DNA of 36,460 nucleotides from Alphaproteobacteria bacterium (GCA_009920875.1 RFZE01000001.1:1-36460); one strand, 5' to 3'; numbered from the stretch's first letter, positions 18,735 to 29,578 are shown. Notes: generated by a model from the sequence alone, not told the origin. Program-made: numbers and translations.

Positions 18735-18820
18735 GGTTTCATCCTTCCTGTGACCTTTGGGTCATGTGTTCCTTTCCTGATAAATCCCCTGAAAACGCGC
18801 CGTTCATCGACTGTCCGATC

Positions 18821-18937
18821 TCAGGGGCAGGTAAGGAGAAGGATGGTTAGTGCAGTGGCAGATGTTGGCGCGCACGAAATCGCACGAGCCAAAGAGGCCG
18901 TGTCACGATTCCGAAAAGATTTAGCGCACCAATTCAT
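18821..18937 (-). CDS. Putative leuA leader peptide (38 aa)
   Basis: Hand-translated MNWCAKSFRNRDTASLARAISCAPTSATALTILLLTCP*; Leu codons CTA, CTT CTC CTT just before the stop; the start codon is less certain than the 3' end. Confidence 0.75.
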   Translation of the reverse strand: MNWCAKSFRNRDTASLARAISCAPTSATALTILLLTCP

Positions 18938-18984
18938 ATGCCGTTCTTTCTGAAACATTCACCATTGAGCGTTGCTCATATATC

Positions 18985-19013
18985 TGTTTACGCAAGGAAA
19001 ACTCGCATGGCAA
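18985..19013 (-). promoter_or_regulatory. Possible sigma70 promoter for the leu leader
   Basis: TTGCCA-N17-TAAACA on the minus strand; motif match only. Confidence 0.3.
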
Positions 19014-19053
19014 GAACTTTCAGCGCAAGATTCCGCGCTTTAGAATGCCATCA

Positions 19054-19986
19054 TCATGCGCCGGCATCGCCGCGCAGCCCTGCCGATTCCGTTTCTGCCG
19101 CCTGAACCACGAAATCCATTACCGCGCGCACATGGCCAAGCTTGGCCATATCGGCCCGCGTCAGCAGCCATAATTCCAAACTGCCGACCAAATCAGGCCC
19201 GGCCAAACGGGTCAAACCGGCAATATTATCGGCTTGAAAACACGGCAGAGCCGCAACGGCATCGCCGTTCAGACAGGCCGCCAAGCGGGTTGCGGCGCTG
19301 GAGGAGCGCATCAGCACCTGCCCTGCCTTTTCGGCCCGCGACAGCCACCAGACCGGCCCTAAGGGACGTTCTTCTTCAGAAAAACCGATAATTCTTGCAT
19401 CGCTCAAATCATTATGCGCCGGCGCATCGCCCAGTTTTTCGGCATAATCGCTGACGGCGTAAAGCCCATAGGCGACATCGGTCAATTTGCGCACCAGCAT
19501 ATCGCCCTGTGTCGGGCGCGCCAGCCGGAGCGCAATATCAACATCGCGCAGCGCATTCATCACACGCGGCGCCGCGCCGGGGCCGGAAATTGATGGATCG
19601 GTGATGATGTCGAGCGCCACATCGGGCGATTTTTCTTGAAAATCCGGTAAAAGCGGCCCCAACAGACCGCCGGCTACAACTTCGCTGGCCGATAGCCGCA
19701 CCACGCCGCGCACATTGCCCGAACCGGCCTGAAAATCGCGCTGCAAAGAGGACAGGCTGTTATCGACCGGTTCCAGTGATTGCAGCAGCCTTGTGCCGTC
19801 TTGGGTCAGCGCATAGCCGCTGCGCAATCGTTCAAACAGCCGCGCATCAAGCGCTTCTTCAAGATTGCCGATACGGCGCAAAACCGTGGTGGTGTTGACA
19901 TTGAGCTCGCGCGCAGCAGCGGACAGGCTGCCGGTTGCTGCAACCGCCAAAAAATAGCGCAAATCGTCCCAATCAAGACTCTTCAT
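19054..19986 (-). CDS. LysR-family transcriptional regulator
   Basis: DWDDLRYFLAVA-TGSLSAAARELNV HTH, LEEAL-RLFER, DIALR. Confidence 0.95.
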   Translation of the reverse strand: MKSLDWDDLRYFLAVAATGSLSAAARELNVNTTTVLRRIGNLEEALDARLFERLRSGYALTQDGTRLLQSLEPVDNSLSSLQRDFQAGSGNVRGVVRLSASEVVAGGLLGPLLPDFQEKSPDVALDIITDPSISGPGAAPRVMNALRDVDIALRLARPTQGDMLVRKLTDVAYGLYAVSDYAEKLGDAPAHNDLSDARIIGFSEEERPLGPVWWLSRAEKAGQVLMRSSSAATRLAACLNGDAVAALPCFQADNIAGLTRLAGPDLVGSLELWLLTRADMAKLGHVRAVMDFVVQAAETESAGLRGDAGA

Positions 19987-20032
19987 AATTGCAACAGTCT
20001 ATCTGCAAATACGCAAATTTGCAATTATGCAA
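19984..20032. promoter_or_regulatory. Putative LysR operator array
   Basis: Two T-N11-A boxes (20004-20016, 20020-20032) built from YGCA units at 8 bp spacing; 11 bp perfect inverted repeat. Confidence 0.55.
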
Positions 20033-20044
20033 GGTGCTCCTTGC

Positions 20045-20278
20045 TTATTCAGGGGATTTATCGATATTCAGCCAATGGTCGAGAGACAGACGTCCGGCTC
20101 CATTCACCGCCAAAAACAGCAGCACAAACACCCAAAACAGGCGTTGGTCGAGAATGAGCGCATCAGAAGCGCGGTCAAACCAGCCACCAATTAAAGCGAA
20201 ATCTTTCCAATCCACGAAAGAAACACCTAGGCCGATTGCAATTAAAGAACCCAAGACCAATTTCATATTCTGAGACAT
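20045..20278 (-). CDS. Small membrane protein resembling a DoxX C-terminal half (possible remnant)
   Basis: DQRLFW...GAGRLSLD C-terminus typical of DoxX; only 77 aa from ATG 20278; track start 20329 lies inside the ilvC terminator. Confidence 0.55.
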   Translation of the reverse strand: MSQNMKLVLGSLIAIGLGVSFVDWKDFALIGGWFDRASDALILDQRLFWVFVLLFLAVNGAGRLSLDHWLNIDKSPE

Positions 20279-20319
20279 TTCATATGTCCTTCTTCCTTTT
20301 GTTATTCTCAGTATACCAC

Positions 20320-20350
20320 AAAAAAACACCGCCCCGAAAGGCGGTGTTTT
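20320..20350 (-). terminator. Rho-independent terminator after ilvC
   Basis: AAAACACCGCC-CCGAAA-GGCGGTGTTTT with a 7 nt U tract on the minus strand. Confidence 0.85.
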
Positions 20351-20380
20351 ATATGCATTTCATGCGGGTGGATGCCACCC

Positions 20381-21927
<1,547 letters not shown>

Positions 21928-22011
21928 TGAAAACCTGTCCAACCCGCCCCTCTTACCGGCACTCTATAGCGCAGCACCGCAAGCGGGGAAAGCCCCATAT
22001 TTAACCAAATT

Positions 22012-23769
22012 CTAGACCAGCGCCTTGCCTTCGTCAGAGACTTCAACTTCCAGCCCCTGATCGTCAGCCAACAGCATGTCATTATGCGCCGCACCCGATG
22101 GAATCATCGGGAAGCAGTTTTCTTCTTTGGTGACAATGCAGTCAAAAATAACCGGCCCGTCCGTGTCAACCATGCGCTTAATGGCATCGTCCAATTCGCT
22201 CGGCTTCTCAGCGCGAATACCGGTCGCGCCATAGGCCTCGGCCAATTTCACGAAATCGGGCAGCGCCTCAGAATAGGAATTGGAATAGCGACCGCCATGC
22301 AGCAATTCCTGCCATTGGCGCACCATGCCCATATATTCATTGTTCAAAATGAAGATTTTGATGGGCAAACGATGCTGAACAGCGGTCGATAATTCTTGCA
22401 TGGTCATCATGGCCGAGGCTTCGCCGGCAATATCAATCACCAAGCCTTTCGGATTGGCAACCTGCACGCCGACCGCTGCCGGAATGCCATAGCCCATTGT
22501 GCCCAAACCGCCCGAGGTCATCCAGCGATTGGGGTCTTCAAAGCGATAATATTGCGCCGCCCACATTTGGTGCTGGCCCACCTCCGTGGTGATGAACGTA
22601 TCAGGCCCTTTGGTCAGCTCATAGAGGCGTTCAACCGCATATTGCGGCTTAATCGCCTTATCGTCTTTGCGATAGGCCAGGCAATTGCGGTCGCGCCAGC
22701 CTTCGATTTCTTTCCACCAGCTGCTCAATGCCTTTTTGTCAGGCGTGACGGCGCGCGATTTATAAACCCGCAACATGTCTTCCAACACATGCGCCACATC
22801 ACCGACAATCGGCACATCGACAACAACATTTTTGTTGATGCTGGACGGATCAATATCGATATGGATTTTCTTGCTGTCGGGCGAGAACTTATCCAAAGCA
22901 CCGGTAATGCGGTCATCAAAGCGTGCGCCGATATTAATCATGACATCGCAATCATGCATGGCCAGATTGGCTTCATATGTGCCGTGCATACCCAACATGC
23001 CGAGCCATTGCTTATCGGCCGACGGATAGCTGCCCAGCCCCATCAGGGTTGAGGTGATGGGATAGCCGGTCAGCTTGACGAATTCGCGCAGCAATTGGCT
23101 GGCCTGCGGGCCTGAATTAATAACCCCGCCGCCTGTATAGAAAACCGGCTTTTTGGCATTGGCAATCAAATCGACAGCAGCATTAATCGCTTCCATATCG
23201 CCTTTGACTTTCGGCTGATAGGACTTGTGCTTCACCGCGGTCGGTTTCAGATAGTTGCCCATGGCAAATTGCACATCTTTGGGAATATCGACAACCACCG
23301 GGCCGGGGCGGCCTGTGGTGGCGACATAAAACGCCTCATGCATGACGCGCGCCAAATCATTCACGTCTTTAACGAGATAATTATGCTTGGTGCAGGCGCG
23401 TGTGATGCCGACCGTATCGGCCTCTTGAAATGCATCGGCACCAATCAAATGGGTCGGCACTTGGCCGGTAATGCACACCATGGGAATGGAATCCATCAAC
23501 GCATCGGTCAGGCCGGTCACCGCATTGGTGGCACCGGGGCCGGAAGTAACAAGCACAACACCGCATTTGCCGCTGGAACGGGCATAGCCCTCCGCCGCAT
23601 GGGTCGCGCCTTGTTCGTGGCGGACGAGAATATGCTCAATATCTTCCTGCTGGAACAATTCGTCATAAATCGGCAGCACAGCGCCACCGGGATAGCCGAA
23701 AATATGCTGCACGCCATTATCGCGCAGCGCTTGCAAGACGATTTTAGCACCGTTTATTTGTTTTTCCAT
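22012..23769 (-). CDS. ilvI: Acetolactate synthase large subunit
   Basis: FGYPGGAVLP, RHEQ, TSGPGATN, VGQHQMW, GMVRQWQ. Confidence 0.97.
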   Translation of the reverse strand: MEKQINGAKIVLQALRDNGVQHIFGYPGGAVLPIYDELFQQEDIEHILVRHEQGATHAAEGYARSSGKCGVVLVTSGPGATNAVTGLTDALMDSIPMVCITGQVPTHLIGADAFQEADTVGITRACTKHNYLVKDVNDLARVMHEAFYVATTGRPGPVVVDIPKDVQFAMGNYLKPTAVKHKSYQPKVKGDMEAINAAVDLIANAKKPVFYTGGGVINSGPQASQLLREFVKLTGYPITSTLMGLGSYPSADKQWLGMLGMHGTYEANLAMHDCDVMINIGARFDDRITGALDKFSPDSKKIHIDIDPSSINKNVVVDVPIVGDVAHVLEDMLRVYKSRAVTPDKKALSSWWKEIEGWRDRNCLAYRKDDKAIKPQYAVERLYELTKGPDTFITTEVGQHQMWAAQYYRFEDPNRWMTSGGLGTMGYGIPAAVGVQVANPKGLVIDIAGEASAMMTMQELSTAVQHRLPIKIFILNNEYMGMVRQWQELLHGGRYSNSYSEALPDFVKLAEAYGATGIRAEKPSELDDAIKRMVDTDGPVIFDCIVTKEENCFPMIPSGAAHNDMLLADDQGLEVEVSDEGKALV

Positions 23770-23866
23770 CGTTCCATTCGCGCTTTATCACGCGTCTCCA
23801 AAGAGTTACGGGCGCAAACGCGCCCAGAGCAAGCGAAATTAGCAATTTTTATGTCGCAGTCAAGCT

Positions 23867-24784
23867 CTATTTTGAAATAAATGAAAAGATATTGGAGAAA
23901 TTATTTTCATAATCTTGCTCATTAAAGCTTTTCCAATCGCTCATTTGATTGCGAAACCACGTCATTTGCCGCTTGGCATAGCGTCGCGTCGCCTGCTGTG
24001 CCTGTTCGGTCGCCGTTTCGGCATCCAATTCGCCCTGCATCAGTGCCATGAGTTGACTGACGCCTAGGGCTTTCAGTGCATTGGCATCGGGCGGCAAATT
24101 GAGCGCCCATAATTCTTCAACCTCTTTTTGCGCGCCGTCTGCCAACATGGCCTCATAGCGCGCATTACAACGCGCATAGAGCCAATCGCGATCCGGCATC
24201 AGCAAAATACCGCAATAAGCGGTCAAAGGCGGCTTTTGCACCTGTTTTTGCCATTGCGATAACGGCTCGCCGGTCGCTTCATAGACCTCGAGGCCGCGCA
24301 AAATACGTTGCGTATCGGTCGGCGGCAAGCGCTGTGCCAATGCGCTGTCAACGCGCTGCAGTTCAGCATAAAGCACCGATAAGCCCTCACTATCGAGCCG
24401 CGCGCGCAAACCGTCGCGCAGATTTTCAGGAATATCAGGAATATCTGCCAGCCCTTGCGTCAGGCTTTTGAAATAAAGCCCGGTGCCGCCGACCAATATC
24501 GGCCGCTGGCCGTTTTTTTGCGCTTCATCGATAGCGGCCAGCGCTTCGGCTAGCCATTGCCCGACACTATAGGGCGCGGCGATCGGCACATGGCCGTAAA
24601 GAACATGGCACGCGCGGCGCAAATCCTCCTTTGGCGGTCGTGCCGTCAGCAAATTCAGCGTGTCATAAACCTGCATGCTGTCGGCATTGATGACGCAGCC
24701 ATTATATTTTTCTGCCAGCGCCACAGCCAATGCGGACTTGCCGCTGGCCGTTGCGCCTGCAATAAGGATGGGAAGCTCAGACAT
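23867..24784 (-). CDS. miaA: tRNA dimethylallyltransferase
   Basis: GATASGKS, NADSMQVY, VGGTGLY, TRRYAKRQMTWFR. Confidence 0.97.
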   Translation of the reverse strand: MSELPILIAGATASGKSALAVALAEKYNGCVINADSMQVYDTLNLLTARPPKEDLRRACHVLYGHVPIAAPYSVGQWLAEALAAIDEAQKNGQRPILVGGTGLYFKSLTQGLADIPDIPENLRDGLRARLDSEGLSVLYAELQRVDSALAQRLPPTDTQRILRGLEVYEATGEPLSQWQKQVQKPPLTAYCGILLMPDRDWLYARCNARYEAMLADGAQKEVEELWALNLPPDANALKALGVSQLMALMQGELDAETATEQAQQATRRYAKRQMTWFRNQMSDWKSFNEQDYENNFSNIFSFISK

Positions 24785-24810
24785 AACTCATTCATATAGG
24801 GTTCTTGCAG

Positions 24811-25704
24811 ATGACAAAAGCGGCAGAAACGGATTTTCTGGTAGTGACTGCGCAACCGGGCAGCGACACGCTGAACGACAACATGCTGGCAAGGCTGGCC
24901 GAAGCCATACCGACCCTGCCCACGGCCGACCGCCTCGGCGACGCGGCGGTGCAATATGCCATTGCGCCCGATATGCTGGGCATTGCCGATGCCATGACTG
25001 ACCGCCTTGGCGACGAGGCGATTGACATTAACCGTGTCAGCGATGCGGCGCGGCAAAAGAAAATGCTGATTGCCGATTTGGAAAGCACGATTATCGAACA
25101 AGAATGCCTTGATGAACTGGCCAAGACCATCGGCAAAGAAGACGTAATCGCCGATATAACCGCACGCGCCATGCGCGGCGAGTTGGATTTTGAACCGGCC
25201 TTGAAAGAGCGCGTCGCCATGCTGAAAAATGTGCCCGAAAGCGCGCTGCAAGAGCTTTATGATAACGGCATTTCGCTGATGCCCGGCGCCGCCACTCTGC
25301 TTGCAACTTTGCGCAAACATAATGTGTTTTGCGGCCTTGTTTCGGGTGGTTTTGCGTTCTTCGCATCGCGCATTGCCGATAAGCTCAATTTCAACCGCTT
25401 TCAATGCAATGATTTAAACGTCGAAAATGGCGTGTTAGACGGCACGGTGGTCGAGCCGATTTTGGGGCGTGCTGCCAAGGCCGACATTCTTGCCGCTTGG
25501 GCGGCTGAATTGGGCTTCGGGCAAGACGATGTGCTGGCCGTTGGTGACGGTTCAAATGATTTAGCCATGCTGGGCATTGCCGGCATGGGCGTGGCCTTTC
25601 GCGCCAAACCCGCCGTCGCTGAGAGCGCGCGCTATCGCATCACCCATGGCGATTTGACCGCCCTGCTCTATCTGCAAGGCTATAAGCAAAACGAATTCGC
25701 CTAA
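24811..25704 (+). CDS. serB: Phosphoserine phosphatase
   Basis: ADLESTII-QEC-DE, ITARAMRGELDF, LVSGGF, AVGDGSNDL; alternative TTG start at 24805. Confidence 0.93.
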   Translation: MTKAAETDFLVVTAQPGSDTLNDNMLARLAEAIPTLPTADRLGDAAVQYAIAPDMLGIADAMTDRLGDEAIDINRVSDAARQKKMLIADLESTIIEQECLDELAKTIGKEDVIADITARAMRGELDFEPALKERVAMLKNVPESALQELYDNGISLMPGAATLLATLRKHNVFCGLVSGGFAFFASRIADKLNFNRFQCNDLNVENGVLDGTVVEPILGRAAKADILAAWAAELGFGQDDVLAVGDGSNDLAMLGIAGMGVAFRAKPAVAESARYRITHGDLTALLYLQGYKQNEFA

Positions 25705-25712
25705 AGCGGCTT

Positions 25713-27152
25713 TTAATCAGCCAAAGGCAGGGCGATAAAGCGCACGGTTTCACCGGAACGAATGAACGCCAATGCTGAATTACGCCCGTTTTTCTTGGCC
25801 GCTTTCAGCGCATCAACCACCGCTTTGGCCGAACCGACAGGGCGCTGGTCAATCTCTGACACAACATCGCCGGGACGAATACCCGCCTCAAAGGCCGCAC
25901 TGTCACGCTCAACATCGACAATTACCGCACCTATAACATCATCGCCCAAACCGAAGCGCTGGCGGTTCTCGCGGCTTAAGCTTTGCAAAGTCAGCCCGAT
26001 ATAGCTTTCGTCATCATCGCTGCGCACTTTTTCTTGCGTCTGCTTTTCATTCTCCGGCTTGCTGCTTGCTTCTTCCAAGCGGCCGGTGACGATTTTCAAC
26101 ATGCGCGACTTGCCGCGCCGAATGACCTCAACCTGAACCGGTTTATCAATCGTCGTTTCGGCTACAATACGGGGCAAATCGCGCATGGTCGGCACAGGCT
26201 TGCCGTCAAAGCGGACAATCACATCGCCGACTTTCACACCGCCCTTTTCAGCCGGCCCGTCAGGCGAAATTTCCGACACCAAAGCCCCACGCGCCTTTCC
26301 GAGTGATAAGCCTTCGGCCAATTCATCGGTCACTTGCTGAATGCGCACGCCGAGCCAACCACGGCGTGTCTCGCCAAAATTCTGCAATTGTGCGGTCACC
26401 GTTTTGGCGAGATTGGACGGAATCGAAAAGCCGATACCGACCGAACCGCCTGATGGTGAAATAATCGCTGAGTTTACGCCAATGACTTCACCGCGCATAT
26501 TGAACAAAGGCCCACCCGAATTACCGCGGTTAATGGCGGCATCGGTTTGAATGAAACTGTCATAAGGACCGGCATTGATATCACGGTTAATCGCCGAAAT
26601 AACACCGGCGGAAAGTGAGCCGCCCAGCCCGAATGGATTGCCAATGGCAATCACCCAATCGCCGACCCGCGCCTTATCGCTATCGCCCAAAGACACAAAG
26701 GGCAGACGTTTTTTGGAACTTACTTTCAATACGGCCAAATCGGTCTTCGGGTCGCGGCCAATCAACTCGGCATCAAGCTTGGCGCCGTCTGAAAAGGTCA
26801 CGGTAATTTCATCGGCTTCTTCAATCACATGATTATTGGTGATGATAATGCCTTTCGGGTCGACAACAAATCCACTGCCCAAAGAAGAGACTTTTTGACT
26901 GGGCGCTTGACCGCCGCCACGCCGCTGGTTGAAAAACTCTTCGAAAAAGCGGTCAAAAGGCGGTTGGCCGGGACCGCGCGAGCGGCGCTGCTCGACTTTT
27001 TGCGAGGTCGATATATTGACCACGGCCGGGGTCAGGCGTTCGGCCAAATCGGCAAAGCCATCTATCGGTCGTGCCACGGCCGAACCGACCGCCAGTGGCG
27101 CAACCATAAGCGCGAAAACAATGAAAAAGCGAGAGAGCGTTTGTTCCAACAT
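25713..27152 (-). CDS. HtrA/DegP-DegQ family periplasmic serine protease
   Basis: Signal peptide, TNNHVI, DLAVL, GNSGGPL triad motifs, two PDZ domains. Confidence 0.96.
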   Translation of the reverse strand: MLEQTLSRFFIVFALMVAPLAVGSAVARPIDGFADLAERLTPAVVNISTSQKVEQRRSRGPGQPPFDRFFEEFFNQRRGGGQAPSQKVSSLGSGFVVDPKGIIITNNHVIEEADEITVTFSDGAKLDAELIGRDPKTDLAVLKVSSKKRLPFVSLGDSDKARVGDWVIAIGNPFGLGGSLSAGVISAINRDINAGPYDSFIQTDAAINRGNSGGPLFNMRGEVIGVNSAIISPSGGSVGIGFSIPSNLAKTVTAQLQNFGETRRGWLGVRIQQVTDELAEGLSLGKARGALVSEISPDGPAEKGGVKVGDVIVRFDGKPVPTMRDLPRIVAETTIDKPVQVEVIRRGKSRMLKIVTGRLEEASSKPENEKQTQEKVRSDDDESYIGLTLQSLSRENRQRFGLGDDVIGAVIVDVERDSAAFEAGIRPGDVVSEIDQRPVGSAKAVVDALKAAKKNGRNSALAFIRSGETVRFIALPLAD

Positions 27153-27164
27153 TGATGAGAAATC

Positions 27165-27350
27165 CTATCCAAGCGTCCAGGCTAAAACGACACCTATGGT
27201 CAGAGCAACCAAACCGCCATTGCGGAGGGTGGTATCACTGACAGCATCGATTTGTTTGACCATAGAACGCAAAAATGACGGAAAAAGGGCATAGAGCGCC
27301 CCTTCAAAAGCCAGCACCAGCCCAATGGCCAGAAACAGCTTTTCGAGCAT
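27165..27350 (-). CDS. DUF2065 (YjeT-like) small membrane protein
   Basis: AIGLVLAFEG-LYALFP, LR-GGL; usual position after hflC. Confidence 0.88.
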   Translation of the reverse strand: MLEKLFLAIGLVLAFEGALYALFPSFLRSMVKQIDAVSDTTLRNGGLVALTIGVVLAWTLG

Positions 27351-28357
27351 TAGTTTGCCGCCTGCTCCGCCGCCCCATCGGCGACGATTTCAGGGCACAA
27401 ATTATCACTCAATGATTTGCCGTCTTTGGTCAGCTTATCGACATTAACCCGCGACCCTCGCTTGACCTGGCCGGTCTGGCTCGGCGCCAGTGTTGAGTTC
27501 GGGTTTTTCAAGAATTGGAAAAACGCACTATCCGGTGATAACACCATGGTCGTGCCATCTTCTTCCAAAGCTGTTTCATAAGCCTGCATGGAACGGTAGA
27601 AAGCAAAGAAATCGGGATCTTGGCCAAATACTTTGGCAAAAACGCGGTTGCGACAGCCATCACCCTGACCTCGGATAATCTCGCTGTCGCGGGTCGCTTC
27701 AGCAAGAAGAACCGTTACTTGCTTATCGGCTTGCGCGCGAATGGCGCGCCCTACTTCTTGACCACGGGCGCGGAACTCGGCCGCTTCCTGCTCGCGTTCG
27801 GTTTGCATACGGCGATAAATCGCTTGGCTGTTGGCCTCCGGCAAATCGGCACGGCGAATACGCACATCGATAATCTCAATACCGAAATCAGCCGCTTGCT
27901 CATTGACCAGAGCGCTGATGCGCTGCATCAGCTGCGAGCGCTCATCGCGCACCACGGTTTCAAATTTTTCCTCACCCAAAACCGAACGCATGGAAGAAGA
28001 GACAATGGTTGAGAGGCGGGACTGGGCACGACGCTCATCGCGCAACGCTTTATAGAATTGTAGCGGATCAATGATGCGATATCGGGTAAAGGCATCAACC
28101 ACCAAACGCTTTTGGTCCGAGGCAATCAGTTCTTCAGCGGGCGTATCAAGATCAAGAATACGCTTGTCGATGAAGATGACATTTTGCACAAACGGCACTT
28201 TCAGGTTGAGACCGGCCTCGGTAATGACGCGGCGCGGGTCACCGAATTGCAACACCAAAGCTTGTTGCGTTTGATGCACGGTAAATAGCGAGGCCGAAGC
28301 CAACACGCCAAGCACCGCAAGGAGAATGAGAGAAATGACGAGACTAGGGCGTTTCAT
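27350..28357 (-). CDS. hflC: FtsH modulator HflC
   Basis: SPFH domain, DVRIRRADLP, RMQTER, DPDFFAFYRSMQAY. Confidence 0.96.
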   Translation of the reverse strand: MKRPSLVISLILLAVLGVLASASLFTVHQTQQALVLQFGDPRRVITEAGLNLKVPFVQNVIFIDKRILDLDTPAEELIASDQKRLVVDAFTRYRIIDPLQFYKALRDERRAQSRLSTIVSSSMRSVLGEEKFETVVRDERSQLMQRISALVNEQAADFGIEIIDVRIRRADLPEANSQAIYRRMQTEREQEAAEFRARGQEVGRAIRAQADKQVTVLLAEATRDSEIIRGQGDGCRNRVFAKVFGQDPDFFAFYRSMQAYETALEEDGTTMVLSPDSAFFQFLKNPNSTLAPSQTGQVKRGSRVNVDKLTKDGKSLSDNLCPEIVADGAAEQAAN

Positions 28358-29460
28358 TATTTTGCCTCCTGATTGCGCTTCAGCTGGTCGAGCGGCAGAT
28401 AAGGCACAACGCCTTGCCCGTCTTGCTCGATAATCACCTTATTGGTGCGGCCGAGAACTTTTTCCAATGTTTCAAGGAACATGCGCTGGCGGGTCACGCC
28501 ACGTGCCGAGCGATATTCATCATAAATCGAGGCGAAACGGGTCGCTTCACCATCGGCTTCAGCAACCGTTTGCGCGCGATAGGCTTCTGCCTCACGGCGA
28601 ATACGCACCGCTTCACCTTGCGCTTCCGGCACAACGCGATTGGCATATTTATTGGCTTCATTGCGCGCCCGCTCTTGGTCGGCGCGCGCCGCTTGCACGT
28701 CGCGGAAAGCGTCAATCACGGCTGCAGGCGGGTCAACTTTCTGCATTTTCACCCGCGTAATGGTGATACCGGCACCATATTCATCGAGGGTTTTTTGCAT
28801 CAGCGCTTTTACCTGCTCTTCATTGGTCTGACGCTGTTCGGTCAAAATCGGCTGAATGTCATTCTGCCCGATGATTTCGCGCATGGTGCTTTCGGCAACG
28901 GCCTTCACCGTGCCGGTCGGGTTTTGAATATTAAACAAAAAATCGGGCGCATCTTTAATGACCCAGAAAACCGAGAAATCGACATCGACGATATTTTCGT
29001 CACCGGTCAGCATCAGGCTTTCTTCCGGCACATCGCGCGTCACACCGGCGGCGCGGCGGTCCGTGCTGGCGCGCATGCCGATATCGACGAGATTTTCTGT
29101 CGTCACTTTCGGGGTCACCGCCGCCTCAATCGGCCACGGCAAATGATAGTTCAAACCCGGGCTGGTTTGCGTATGAAACTTGCCGAAGCGCAACACAACG
29201 CCCTGCTCATCGGCTTGCACGCGGTAAAAGCCACTCAATGCCCATAAGCCAAACAGAACGGCGAGAATAACAACAAGGCCTGAACCGCCTCCGGCGCCGG
29301 GCAGCAAACGGCTGACCCGCTCTTGCGCTTGGCGGATCATTTCTTCAATGTCGGGTTCATTGCCACCGGGTCCGCGCGGCCCACGACCGGGCCCTTTGCC
29401 GGAGCCACCGCCATTCCCCCACGGGTTTTGATTATTGCCTGAATTATTGTCCCAGGGCAT
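28357..29460 (-). CDS. hflK: FtsH modulator HflK
   Basis: MPWD N-terminus, MLTGDENIV, AFRDVQAA, VPYLPL. Confidence 0.97.
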   Translation of the reverse strand: MPWDNNSGNNQNPWGNGGGSGKGPGRGPRGPGGNEPDIEEMIRQAQERVSRLLPGAGGGSGLVVILAVLFGLWALSGFYRVQADEQGVVLRFGKFHTQTSPGLNYHLPWPIEAAVTPKVTTENLVDIGMRASTDRRAAGVTRDVPEESLMLTGDENIVDVDFSVFWVIKDAPDFLFNIQNPTGTVKAVAESTMREIIGQNDIQPILTEQRQTNEEQVKALMQKTLDEYGAGITITRVKMQKVDPPAAVIDAFRDVQAARADQERARNEANKYANRVVPEAQGEAVRIRREAEAYRAQTVAEADGEATRFASIYDEYRSARGVTRQRMFLETLEKVLGRTNKVIIEQDGQGVVPYLPLDQLKRNQEAK

Positions 29461-29578
29461 TGACTAACCTCCGTTTACCGAGACGCTTTTATATGCGCGC
29501 CGAATGTGTCGCAATGTGACACTTGTGCAAGGGCAACGCAATCTTCGCATTGATTGACAAGCGCATCATATACAGGTC

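Noticed and set aside
18750-18953. 67 aa plus-strand ORF
   Set aside because: Antisense shadow of the leuA leader region.
23770-23866. Ile/Leu/Val attenuator upstream of ilvI
   Set aside because: No leader ORF rich in branched-chain codons and no terminator in this 97 nt gap.
24655-29247. Long antisense ORFs such as 24655-25404 (-) and 28414-29247 (+), likewise 22396-23052 and 23227-23880
   Set aside because: They lie opposite well-conserved genes; expected shadows of codon bias at this GC content.
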